A stretch of DNA of 64,000 nucleotides from Bacteroidaceae bacterium (GCA_017407905.1 JAFQVS010000045.1:8940-72939), one strand, 5' to 3'; counted from the first letter of the stretch, positions 28,564 through 37,318 are shown. Notes: a model not told the origin generated them from the sequence alone. Made by a program: numbers and translations.

Positions 28564-29067
28564 ATGAAAAAATTTTTTTTATTGCTAATCACAGCCCTCA
28601 CCACATTATCGTGCGACACAGAATCACCCTACTCGGGCTACTCGGTGTTCTTCACCTGCGACGCATCGTTCCACCCCTTTAATCAAGCGAGCAGCTACGG
28701 GCAATTTATCACCATAAGACGCAAAAGCTCAACATCTTACGAGGTAACCGACGCACAAGGCACAAAGCACACACACAACCTCACCGAGGCCGAGGCCCGA
28801 CAAAAATTCTACTACGGCCTCGGAGGACTAATCATCGGCACCCCCTCGATGGAAGATGGACAAATATGGGCCTACGACCTTGCCTGTCCCAACTGCGAAA
28901 TGGCCCGCTACCGCCTGCAAACCGACCACATAGGACGCGCCTCGTGCAACAACTGCGGCAGCATCTACGACCTTAACTGCGGCGGAATACCCATAGAAGG
29001 AAAATCGCGCATACTGTGGCGCTACCGCGTGCACACCGCCGGAACATTCATCACCGTGCAGAATTAA
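28564..29067 (+). CDS. Hypothetical lipoprotein with CxxC...CxxC zinc-ribbon-like motif
   Basis: 167 aa. Lipobox LTTLSC, and later ACPNCEMARYRL...ASCNNCGSIYDL. Confidence 0.55.
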   Translation: MKKFFLLLITALTTLSCDTESPYSGYSVFFTCDASFHPFNQASSYGQFITIRRKSSTSYEVTDAQGTKHTHNLTEAEARQKFYYGLGGLIIGTPSMEDGQIWAYDLACPNCEMARYRLQTDHIGRASCNNCGSIYDLNCGGIPIEGKSRILWRYRVHTAGTFITVQN

Positions 29068-29191
29068 GCCTTTTCCCCGCTCGCACCCCACGTCCCTAAA
29101 CATTCGCACCCCGCAAAAGAGCAAGACACCCCTCCCAAGCCGCACTACAGCCTCTTCAGAGTGCTATTTTTTAATTTAGTAAAGAAACTTT

Positions 29192-29222
29192 TTTGAAATT
29201 AGCACAAAAACCCTTATCTTTG
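29192..29222 (+). promoter_or_regulatory. Bacteroidetes-type promoter for tRNA-Leu
   Basis: TTTG at 29192-29195, a 19-nt spacer, then TATCTTTG at 29215-29222, about 58 nt upstream of the tRNA. Confidence 0.65.
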
Positions 29223-29280
29223 CACCCGTTATCGTTGTCGCAATGGTAAGACTCCGGCTTCGGCGGTAACTTTTAAGGTC

Positions 29281-29366
29281 GCTCGAATGGTGGAATCGGT
29301 AGACACGAAGGACTTAAAATCCTTTGGCATTTAAACGCCGTGCGGGTTCAAGTCCCGCTTCGAGTA
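29281..29366 (+). tRNA. tRNA-Leu (anticodon TAA)
   Basis: The acceptor stem GCTCGAA / TTCGAGT has one G-U pair. The D-arm is GGTGGAATCGGTAGACAC. The anticodon stem-loop AAGGA-CTTAAAA-TCCTT puts TAA at positions 34-36. There is a long variable arm and a T-arm GCGGGTTCAAGTCCCGC. The discriminator is A, and CCA is not encoded. Confidence 0.9.
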
Positions 29367-29373
29367 CTCGGTT

Positions 29374-29412
29374 AATCTCTTGTAAGTCGTTGATTTATGA
29401 GAGATTTTTTGA
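29374..29412 (+). terminator. Weak hairpin plus T-tract after tRNA-Leu
   Basis: AATCTCT (29374-29380) pairs with AGAGATT (29400-29406), followed by TTTT. The stem is short and the loop long. Confidence 0.4.
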
Positions 29413-29637
29413 TACTTTCTTAAAATATAGGGTTCAAAAGCAAAAATCGGGGTAGGAATTTCACAAACGAGCCACCATTGTCAAAGCAAATAACACTCGG
29501 GGAGGAAAGTGCGGGACTACAGTTTGCCACGTTCCTCTCCCGTCCCCTTTTCACAAAAAACACCTTACTAACAAATTATTGTCAAAAAGATTCACTAAAT
29601 TATTAGCTGTAAGTTGTTATAATCGCACTATATTCAC

Positions 29638-29645
29638 TATCTTTG
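29638..29645 (+). promoter_or_regulatory. Candidate -7 box (TATCTTTG) upstream of the FISUMP lipoprotein gene
   Basis: TATCTTTG lies 39 nt upstream of the ATG at 29684. This supports the internal ATG over the TTG at 29579 used by the ORF track. Confidence 0.5.
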
Positions 29646-29683
29646 CTGTACTGATTAAGAATTTTCACAAGCACTCCAAAAGA

Positions 29684-31042
29684 ATGAGAATAAGTAACAA
29701 TCTATTTAATCTGTTCACGTTGTTGATAGTCGGCCTCGCCGTATGCTCCATAGGCGCTTGCAGCGTCGATGACGCCGAGCCTCTATTTAAGGAGACTACA
29801 AACAACAATATCACCATAGACACAACCGGTGTTGCCGTTACAGGCGAGATAGAGAAACAAGGCATCACATACGCACATATCAAGGGGTATGCCAATTTAA
29901 ACCTTCTGCCAACGGGCAGTGGCGAGATAGGCGTGGAAATATGCCCGTCGGGCGAGGAGGTATCGGCCCACCAAAAGACCTCAAGCACTTTATCCGACAA
30001 TGCCTTTGTGATAGAGTTTGACAATCTCACCCCCGATACAGAGTACAGATACCGTTCATTCGTCCGAAGCGACGAGCGTACATACTACGGGCAATATAAC
30101 ACACTCACAACCAACGCCCTCTACCCTATCACCACCACTGTGGATGCCACCGACTTAACCCGCACCTCGGCCACAATAATCTCGACCGTACAAACTGCAT
30201 TGGCCGATCCCATAGACAATCTAATGGTGGGAGTGGCATACTCATTATCCGAGCAGGCCTTTGAAACACCATCCGAGGAGATTATTTTCTGCGGCGAACA
30301 ATCGGCCGGCGACGTCCCTGATGGGATACTCACCGTAACGCTTCGAGAGCTCAGCGAGGCAACCACATATTATTACACAACATATACAAAGGCCAGTGGC
30401 GAATATTGCTTCGCCAAGATAAAAAGCTTCACCACCTACGGAGACGATTACACCCCATCGGGCGCAGTTGACCTCGGCCTCAGTGTAATGTGGGCCACTT
30501 GCAACATCGGTGCAGACTCCCCCGAAGAGTACGGCGACTATTATGCTTGGGGCGAGATTGAGCCTAAGGAGAAATATGAAGAGGGCAACTATAAATGGTA
30601 TGACAAGTTCACAGGCAGCTATATTAAATATTGCACAGATGCCACAATAGGAACAGTTGACGATAAAACCGTGCTCGACCCCGAAGATGATGTAGCACAC
30701 GTAAAGTTAGGTGGCGGATGGCGTATGCCCACCGAGGCCGAAATAATTGAATTGTGCAAAAAATGTACTTGGGAAAAGGATACAACCTACAATGGTATTG
30801 AAGGTGCTATTGTCATCGGCCCCAATGGGAACAGCATTTTCCTTCCCGCAGGAGGATATTATTCAAAAGGCCTTTATAATAAAAAAGAAACAGGATATTA
30901 TTGGGCATCGACATTAGGAACATCGGGGCGTAATGGTGATAATTATCGACCTAAATACGGAGAGTCTTTTAACACTAACGGCATCGAGACATCATACCGC
31001 AATCGTTATTACGGTTGCTCTGTTCGCCCTGTTATAAAATAG
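29684..31042 (+). CDS. Lipoprotein: two Ig/FN3-like modules plus a C-terminal FISUMP / DUF1566-type domain
   Basis: The start was moved to ATG 29684 (MRISNNLFNLFTLLIVGLAVCSIGAC lipobox). The C-terminus has GLSVMWATCNIGA...YYAWGE...GGWRMPTEAEIIEL...YYWAST...CSVRPV. This is the Fibrobacter-succinogenes-major-paralogous / DUF1566 pattern. Confidence 0.8.
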   Translation: MRISNNLFNLFTLLIVGLAVCSIGACSVDDAEPLFKETTNNNITIDTTGVAVTGEIEKQGITYAHIKGYANLNLLPTGSGEIGVEICPSGEEVSAHQKTSSTLSDNAFVIEFDNLTPDTEYRYRSFVRSDERTYYGQYNTLTTNALYPITTTVDATDLTRTSATIISTVQTALADPIDNLMVGVAYSLSEQAFETPSEEIIFCGEQSAGDVPDGILTVTLRELSEATTYYYTTYTKASGEYCFAKIKSFTTYGDDYTPSGAVDLGLSVMWATCNIGADSPEEYGDYYAWGEIEPKEKYEEGNYKWYDKFTGSYIKYCTDATIGTVDDKTVLDPEDDVAHVKLGGGWRMPTEAEIIELCKKCTWEKDTTYNGIEGAIVIGPNGNSIFLPAGGYYSKGLYNKKETGYYWASTLGTSGRNGDNYRPKYGESFNTNGIETSYRNRYYGCSVRPVIK

Positions 31043-31065
31043 CTCATATTTACCGATTACACCAA

Positions 31066-31100
31066 AATTGGCACAAAAGATAATTTCTTTTGTGCCAATT
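31066..31100. terminator. Hairpin terminator between the convergent FISUMP gene and CHAT-A
   Basis: Perfect 14-bp stem AATTGGCACAAAAG (31066-31079) / CTTTTGTGCCAATT (31087-31100), flanked by A/T runs on both sides. Confidence 0.75.
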
Positions 31101-31197
31101 ACATTTTATTCCTAATTTACGGCTATTTTTAAGGGGGGGATGCTGCTTACGACAGCTGCTATCGCCTTACATTTTTAGGAACAAGGCTTAGAGGCTA

Positions 31198-33459
31198 TTA
31201 TTCTATTCCATCCAACAGGATAAATGCAGCCCAATATTGAGGAGAGGCCCATTTTGCGTAACTGCGCACACGGTTTTTAGCGATTTTAAGAGCCTCGTGC
31301 TTAGACTTTCCCGCCATCCAATGCTTGTAAAACTCGGTCATAAGCACCTGTGTGGCATCATCATCCACCTTCCAAAGGGACATCAGAATGGCATCGGCAC
31401 TTGCCATCTTAAAACCACGCTGGAGGCCGAACACGCCATCCGAGGATATATCTCCCCGGGCCGTTTCACACGCACTGAGGACAACAAGGTCGAGCCCCTG
31501 TAAATCCAGCGTAGAAATCTCTTGCGCCGTCAGGACACCATCCTCCAGCCCCTCGGGGATGGGCGCACCGTTATAAACATTATCGGCACCCGAGAAGAAC
31601 AGTCCGCTACGCAACAGCGGGTTATCTTTATCGCCACCCCTACTATCCTTATTGTGATAGAATCCGTGAGTAGCAATATGAATAATCTTCTTTTGCTGTC
31701 CGCTCAGGGCCTTGAACGACGCCTCTGTTCCCTCGTTGGCAATATATGCCTTAGCCGAGATATTGGCCTCGTGCGAGCTATTTATGATTGAGGTGATACT
31801 GTCTGCCTCGACTCTTGTTCCCTTAAGATAAGGTATTTTTACTATCGCCGCACGCTCGGCACGCGTGTTATCCTCGACAAAGACAATATCGCGCTTACGA
31901 ACAGCCGGATAGTTGTACATATCGGCCACCATATCACGCGTACTCATATCATACGTTAATCCACCATAAATGGCAGCATCCCGTCCATCCTTTAAGCTCC
32001 GTCCCGTAATCAATTCTCTGGTAGATGAGAGACGATACACATCAAAGACATCGGCTATACTGTGATACGATTCAATTTCTCCATTCTTCATCACCGGCTC
32101 GATAAATGGTAGATACTCTATGCCCGTAACCAACAGAGCACCGTCGGCCGAAAAATAGATGCGTCCCTTATCTTTGGTTGGGAAATATTTAACAATATCA
32201 TCCGACCAGATGGCATTGCTCAGTCTCCACAAGCCGTCCATATCCTCTTTGGCATACTTTTGAAAGGGATTTCCCGACAAATGGCTATCTAACCCCTTGT
32301 ACGTACTTACTGTATCGCGTTTACTCTTAGACCGGAGAAAGTCGGGCACTAAATCCTTGAACGAGAATTTCGGAGCATCTTGCAGCGATACGTAATTATT
32401 CAATTTCACAATCTTGGGCGACGACCAACGCTTTTTCAGCAGGATGGCACCATACTCATTGCTTGTCGTACGATAAAATTCTATGGCTAAATCATCGTTC
32501 GATAGCTGATTGCGAACATCCTTCCACGTAATTGACAGCTGTGGGATAGTATATTCCTGTCCCTGCTCGCGCAGAGCCCCGAGAATGACATAATCGAGCG
32601 AGTCGAGAGTACTTTGCGCTGCCCCCGCGAGTGTCAGCCTCTTTCTAATGGTTAAATTATCAATAGCCCTTTTGTTGCCACTCTCATTGACATAACTCTC
32701 GAAGCTGACTGTTGTGTTAAGCAGCAGACCTTTGGAGAGCAACAAAGCATTATAAGCCGCCGACGCAATAGAGGGCATTCTTCCATCTGAAGAATGTGCC
32801 AAATCAACAGTTTTATTGATATATTTTGCCGCCACATTCCAATAAATATTACGCTCCGACTCGCAGCTCGAACAAAATTCGTCTTTTATCAACTGAATAT
32901 AAGAGTTATACCCCTTATTATGATATTTACTCGATTTCTTATATTTCAACCGTTCGGCATACAATCGCGACAGCTCTAATAGAGCATTCAAATAGACCTC
33001 GCTTCCTTTACCAAAATAGGCCTCCTTCAGACGGCAAGATTTTTTTGAAGACTGCACCGCCATAAAATCGCGGCCCGAGTTATACTCAATCTTGGATTTT
33101 ATATCTAAATAAAAAATCTGGTTGATTGTATCTTTACCTTTGAAGCCCCCCTTCCCGATTTTCTCAAACAGGATATTACTCTTCTTTAGCAACTCCTTTC
33201 CCAGCTCATTATCGCCTGCATCAGCACACACCGCGGCACACCACATCAAGCAATCGGCATATTGAAGGCTCTGTGCAGAATATCGTTTTTTGTACAATTG
33301 CAATAACTCATTAAGTGCCGGAGCAATATCTTTTGTGTCCCTATACAGCCGCTCTTGAATCTCGTTTTTCAGAGACTGCACCCTTAAAGAATCATTTGTC
33401 GATGCCAATATATAAACACAGCACAGCAAAGAAAGCAAAAATATATTATATCGTTTCAT
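31198..33459 (-). CDS. Exported TPR + CHAT-domain (caspase-fold) protein, short paralog (CHAT-A)
   Basis: The likely ATG is at 33459 (MKRYNIFLLSLLCCVYILAST signal peptide); the ORF-track start at 33468 is a TTG. The C-terminal CHAT core has IHIATHGF (His) and VVLSACETARG (Cys), then GVFGLQRGF...SLWKVDD...YWAAFILLDGIE. Confidence 0.88.
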   Translation of the reverse strand: MKRYNIFLLSLLCCVYILASTNDSLRVQSLKNEIQERLYRDTKDIAPALNELLQLYKKRYSAQSLQYADCLMWCAAVCADAGDNELGKELLKKSNILFEKIGKGGFKGKDTINQIFYLDIKSKIEYNSGRDFMAVQSSKKSCRLKEAYFGKGSEVYLNALLELSRLYAERLKYKKSSKYHNKGYNSYIQLIKDEFCSSCESERNIYWNVAAKYINKTVDLAHSSDGRMPSIASAAYNALLLSKGLLLNTTVSFESYVNESGNKRAIDNLTIRKRLTLAGAAQSTLDSLDYVILGALREQGQEYTIPQLSITWKDVRNQLSNDDLAIEFYRTTSNEYGAILLKKRWSSPKIVKLNNYVSLQDAPKFSFKDLVPDFLRSKSKRDTVSTYKGLDSHLSGNPFQKYAKEDMDGLWRLSNAIWSDDIVKYFPTKDKGRIYFSADGALLVTGIEYLPFIEPVMKNGEIESYHSIADVFDVYRLSSTRELITGRSLKDGRDAAIYGGLTYDMSTRDMVADMYNYPAVRKRDIVFVEDNTRAERAAIVKIPYLKGTRVEADSITSIINSSHEANISAKAYIANEGTEASFKALSGQQKKIIHIATHGFYHNKDSRGGDKDNPLLRSGLFFSGADNVYNGAPIPEGLEDGVLTAQEISTLDLQGLDLVVLSACETARGDISSDGVFGLQRGFKMASADAILMSLWKVDDDATQVLMTEFYKHWMAGKSKHEALKIAKNRVRSYAKWASPQYWAAFILLDGIE

Positions 33460-33464
33460 ACTCT

Positions 33465-34007
33465 TCAAAATGTAGTTTTTATACCAAGCCCTATTCCACT
33501 AAAGGTGCGTTCGTTGCGACAACTGAAATGCGACACTCCCACTTTTATATTCTTGTTGACATCCAATAAATAGACGGTAGAAGCATCTATTGCGGCCGCC
33601 TTTTCTCTGAGCCTTTTTCCCCATCTGAAGAAGGAATATGGAATAGTCATAGTTAGAGCAACACCGCAAGGAATCGCAACCCACGTAGAAACATCCGTTC
33701 CTGTTACGACATATACGGTGGCTGCATATAGCCCCAGCGCAGTAATAACCCCAACCGCCTCGACCTCGGCAGCCCTCATTCTTAACATTCGCTTCTTGTT
33801 TTGCATTTCAAAGTCGTATGCTCTGTTCATAGAGTTTATATTCATATAATACTCGGCCGACAGCATCGGAAGCTCGGCTATACAACTATCCTGCATCGTC
33901 TCAATAGTTTCCGTGCCATTAGTTTGCGAGTACAAGGCCGAGCAAACGATTGATACTAATATAGTAATGAGCAATCTTTTTAGTTTCATAATCCTACAAA
34001 TTACCAT
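33465..34007 (-). CDS. Small exported membrane protein (signal peptide plus 2 predicted TM helices)
   Basis: 180 aa, with an alternative ATG at 33989. The signal is MKLKRLLITILVSIVCSALYSQ. Hydrophobic helices are VGVITALGLYAATVYVV and WVAIPCGVALTMTIPYSFF. The protein ends ...GIGLGIKTTF. Its start overlaps the stop of the upstream gene (ATGGTAA), and its stop lies 5 nt before the CHAT-A ATG. Confidence 0.6.
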   Translation of the reverse strand: MVICRIMKLKRLLITILVSIVCSALYSQTNGTETIETMQDSCIAELPMLSAEYYMNINSMNRAYDFEMQNKKRMLRMRAAEVEAVGVITALGLYAATVYVVTGTDVSTWVAIPCGVALTMTIPYSFFRWGKRLREKAAAIDASTVYLLDVNKNIKVGVSHFSCRNERTFSGIGLGIKTTF

Positions 34008-34789
34008 TTTATTGTTCGTGTTATTATCGACGTGTCAAAGAGTTTTCTTGTCGAGAAAATTGGGAACGAAATTTTTGCTTCGTAATAGCCTCTTTGGTCT
34101 TTTACATTATTTAAAGAGTGATAATAAGCAATCGCATTCCTATCGAGTTGATGCAAAATATAATATCCCGCTCGTAATTCAAGTTTTATAAATGAGAATT
34201 TTGCATTTAATCCATAATAAATAGAGGCTGCAAAATTGTTAAAGCACTCATCATTAAACCCTTGATAGCTAAAAGTCTCATCGTACTTAATACGCTTGTC
34301 GAGCAAAATCTCAGCCTTAGCACCTGCACAAAATACCAACCAAGAGAAATTTACATCGGTAGTAATCCAATGGGTGTGCATTCCGAGGGTGCGAAAAAGT
34401 CCCTTGTCGAACGCAAACCTCTCATATTTATATCCTAAATTGACGCCTAATCGAAGCTGGTCATATTGAGTACTATAAAATTCACTCCCTACGCCCACAT
34501 CGACAAAAGATGAGTATATGGTTGTCATATTATCTGGAATTGCAGTAAAATCATTATACTCGAATGTTCCCTTATATATACTCCCTAAGGTACAATTGAT
34601 ATATAAATCACAGCCTATTAGGTTGGCCGTGGATTTTCGGGGCAATATCTTGACGTTGTCAATATCATCACTAAGGATGTATTTAACATAGTCAGTTTGA
34701 GCCTCGGAAATATAAGGGATAGCACAGAGGCATCCTACAAACAGGAGTTTAATATTTCTCAAGATAAATGTATTTAATTGCTCGCACAT
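34001..34789 (-). CDS. Exported protein, beta-barrel-like outer membrane candidate
   Basis: 262 aa. Signal peptide ...LLFVGCLCAIPYISEAQ, alternating hydrophobic/aromatic strands and an aromatic C-terminus (..TRTIKW). It overlaps the upstream gene by 41 nt. Confidence 0.55.
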   Translation of the reverse strand: MCEQLNTFILRNIKLLFVGCLCAIPYISEAQTDYVKYILSDDIDNVKILPRKSTANLIGCDLYINCTLGSIYKGTFEYNDFTAIPDNMTTIYSSFVDVGVGSEFYSTQYDQLRLGVNLGYKYERFAFDKGLFRTLGMHTHWITTDVNFSWLVFCAGAKAEILLDKRIKYDETFSYQGFNDECFNNFAASIYYGLNAKFSFIKLELRAGYYILHQLDRNAIAYYHSLNNVKDQRGYYEAKISFPIFSTRKLFDTSIITRTIKW

Positions 34790-35462
34790 AATAACTCTTT
34801 TTCTTTAATCTACCATCTTTTCTATCATAAGAACCAACAAGGGGTGCAACTATTGCCATATTCGAGGGGTCGGCATTCTCGTTTACAACACCCTCCTGAT
34901 TATAATTGCAATAATCCTCGGCGCAGGTCCAATAAAAATTCTCCTCATTTAAGGGCACACCACCAATTTTCGATAATACTGCGTTCAGTTCATCTAAATC
35001 TGTATTGATAACTAAGAAATCCCATGCCTCTTCCCTTGTAGGCAGACGCCAAGAGCTACTCGAGGATGGCTTATCTGTCGGGTTCTTCTTGTTGCACCAA
35101 TTCATAGCTGGATAATTCTCAATTCCCCTGCTTTTCATCAAATGAAGCATAGCCGTACCAAAAGAATCATCACCATACACTCTCTTAGGGAACCTCAGAG
35201 TATCCTCAATTTGATATACAGTCTCACCCAAAGGCCCCCACGGCAAATAAGCCTCATCTGCCGACACTACTATAATACAACTGTTGTAACTATCATATTC
35301 ACAATGTACGACGACGCCCTTATTGCCATATTCATCCACGTAGGTGTCATACAATTGATACACCTTTTTTGTCTCGTCAAAAATTATTTCATCGGATGTA
35401 TAACCGCACCCCAATAGCAGTGGGATAATAATGCAGATTAAAAATTTTAAATAATTAGTCAT
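34749..35462 (-). CDS. Lipoprotein with DUF1566-like domain
   Basis: 237 aa. Lipobox IIPLLLGC. SWRLPTREEAWDFL ... FYWTCAED ... SYYVRAIKYI matches the DUF1566 pattern (WRLPT..E / YW[ST] / V-R-x-[IV]). Confidence 0.7.
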   Translation of the reverse strand: MTNYLKFLICIIIPLLLGCGYTSDEIIFDETKKVYQLYDTYVDEYGNKGVVVHCEYDSYNSCIIVVSADEAYLPWGPLGETVYQIEDTLRFPKRVYGDDSFGTAMLHLMKSRGIENYPAMNWCNKKNPTDKPSSSSSWRLPTREEAWDFLVINTDLDELNAVLSKIGGVPLNEENFYWTCAEDYCNYNQEGVVNENADPSNMAIVAPLVGSYDRKDGRLKKKSYYVRAIKYIYLEKY

Positions 35463-35468
35463 ATTGCG

Positions 35469-36332
35469 CTAATAAAAAATACAAGTATCCAATTCCAAAG
35501 CCGAAACATCAAATGTTGCCACAAAAGGGCGATGTTCCTCATTTTTTATAATATGTTTAACCGAATTGTTACCATCGGAATCTTCGGTTCGCATTCTAAT
35601 GGCTATTTCGTCGTCGGCATTGCACAAGGATATTGGAACGATGATAGAATCCCTGTGCGAGAGATAATAATATTGATACTCATATAATCCCGATTCAATC
35701 TTCTCAATATCCTTAAAACCAAATGCCTCGACACAGTCTATTGAAGCGTTCAGGCTTTCGGCATCGCCAAAATTGGTAAACACACAATAGCCATTATAGG
35801 TCATCGGCCTGAGTTTTACAGAAAAAATCTGATTCGACGGTAACGCGTGCAACGAGGCCGACAACAGCACATTATACTGCGGCTCTGCTTTTCTATCGAC
35901 CATATACAGATAGATATTATCGTAGCGGTTGGTACCCAGCTGACACCAAGCCTCTGAGAAATTCAGAAGCTCGCCCTTCTTTAATATATCGGCCATAAAG
36001 ACAAAATAATAAGTATTGTTATTATTCAAATGGCTGAAGGTTATTTGCGTCTCGCCTAAATGGGGCAAGAGGCGAGTTTGCGTATCCAACAGCTGCCCGC
36101 CATTATCGTAGCAGTAGCATACTGTTCGCAACGCATAGGCAGTGTCAATCTTGTTGCTGCATCCCATCCTAAATTCTCCATCATCGAATGAGAGGATATT
36201 CGAGAAATAGTCGCCCGAATCCAAAATAAATGTTACGCCCCTCTGCGACGTGTCGGCCCACTCGTCGAAATTCTCCTTACAGCTTGTCAGCAAAAAGAGT
36301 GAAATGATAAGAAGTACCCGTATGCTTTTCAT
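35469..36332 (-). CDS. Hypothetical lipoprotein
   Basis: 287 aa. Lipobox SLFLLTSC. I recognise no motifs. Its start overlaps the stop of the upstream gene by 4 nt (ATGA). Confidence 0.6.
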   Translation of the reverse strand: MKSIRVLLIISLFLLTSCKENFDEWADTSQRGVTFILDSGDYFSNILSFDDGEFRMGCSNKIDTAYALRTVCYCYDNGGQLLDTQTRLLPHLGETQITFSHLNNNNTYYFVFMADILKKGELLNFSEAWCQLGTNRYDNIYLYMVDRKAEPQYNVLLSASLHALPSNQIFSVKLRPMTYNGYCVFTNFGDAESLNASIDCVEAFGFKDIEKIESGLYEYQYYYLSHRDSIIVPISLCNADDEIAIRMRTEDSDGNNSVKHIIKNEEHRPFVATFDVSALELDTCIFY

Positions 36333-36976
36333 ATTTTAAATGGAATTTCATAAGTTAGTCCGACACCTATTCTACCCCTCTCGAAGGCCGATTTATACAA
36401 GCCGTAATAGTTGTACTCCTTTGTCTCGAACAGATATTTCTGATTTATTGCGGGGGCAAGGTCGTACTCGTAGTACAACGAGGCTCGCCACCTTTTTATT
36501 TTAAAGCCGATTTTTGCACCGACCGAGAAATAGTCGTCGGCAAGATTCGCGTCCGACGTTCTTGTATCCGACAATCGGCTATGATAGGCAGAGTTTATCG
36601 CCCAATGTGAGGCTATTTCTCCTGCAACGAAAAGCGAGAATGACTTTCCGCGTATCACATTCAGCCTCAACGATGCACACAGCAGAATTTCTTGAGTAGA
36701 TATATACTCGTCGCGCCCGCCGAAATAGGGGTTGCGAATATTATATTTGAGCCCAAAATCGGCATTTAATAAATTGCGCGACGAACCAATGCCGACAGCA
36801 ATTTTGGGCGAGAAACTGTAATTGTAATTTGCCGCCGCATCTACTCCAATATCAAAATGGTAATATTCAATTCTGCCGAACCGCTCTTTCTTAATTCTCC
36901 TATAATCGGGCTGTGCCCAAATAGAATTAAGCATTAAAAAACATAAAAAAGCTGTTATAATGACTTTTCTATTCAT
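36329..36976 (-). CDS. Exported small beta-barrel-like outer membrane protein
   Basis: 215 aa. Signal peptide VIITAFLCFLMLNSIWAQ. G/Y/F-rich alternating strands (FDIGVDAAANYNYSF, ADFGLKYNI, SVGAKIGFKI, ASLYYEYDL, IGVGLTYEIPFKI) resemble small porin-family barrels. Confidence 0.6.
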   Translation of the reverse strand: MNRKVIITAFLCFLMLNSIWAQPDYRRIKKERFGRIEYYHFDIGVDAAANYNYSFSPKIAVGIGSSRNLLNADFGLKYNIRNPYFGGRDEYISTQEILLCASLRLNVIRGKSFSLFVAGEIASHWAINSAYHSRLSDTRTSDANLADDYFSVGAKIGFKIKRWRASLYYEYDLAPAINQKYLFETKEYNYYGLYKSAFERGRIGVGLTYEIPFKI

Positions 36977-37045
36977 AATCTATTCGTTCTTTTCATTAGG
37001 GGGGGTGAAGCCTCAATATTGAGACATTGGGATTTTTGGGGCCGA

Positions 37046-37318
37046 TTAAGAGCCCCAGATATTATCCCAACCGTTGCCGCCCTTACGTTTTTTTATGAAC
37101 GAAGAGCCGGCGTCGAGCTCAATGGCAATAGTAACATTGGATTTTTCAAAAACTTTGGCAGCATCGGCCTCGGGCACCTCATAGGGATAACTCTTACCCG
37201 TCATATCAATTGTCAGGAAAGGCTCCTGCGCCCAAACAGCAGGGCTCAAAAGAATAAGGAGGAGTAACAACATTCTCTTTAAAGAAAAGATTTTTTTGGT
37301 CATATTCTTAAATTTCAT
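37046..37318 (-). CDS. Small secreted protein (about 60 aa mature)
   Basis: 90 aa with a strong signal peptide KRMLLLLLILLSPAVWAQ. It lies 69 nt upstream of the coupled gene run on the same strand. Confidence 0.5.
   Translation of the reverse strand: MKFKNMTKKIFSLKRMLLLLLILLSPAVWAQEPFLTIDMTGKSYPYEVPEADAAKVFEKSNVTIAIELDAGSSFIKKRKGGNGWDNIWGS

Noticed and set aside
29579-29683. N-terminal extensions given by the ORF track: 29579 for the FISUMP lipoprotein, 48757 for hutU, 6101 for the OmpH paralog, 46746 for CHAT-C and 33468 for CHAT-A.
   Set aside because: Three points argue against them. Internal ATGs lie directly before clean signal peptides or conserved N-termini. Several of the extended starts are non-ATG codons, or overlap the preceding gene or its promoter-like box. 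The extra residues would bury the signal peptides.
35469-36332. The 287-aa or 262-aa island proteins as bacterial gasdermins (the usual partners of CHAT or caspase-like proteases)
   Set aside because: As far as I know, bacterial gasdermins are cytoplasmic proteins without signal peptides. Both candidates here have a clear lipobox or signal peptide and no similarity I could recognise. The size match alone is not evidence.
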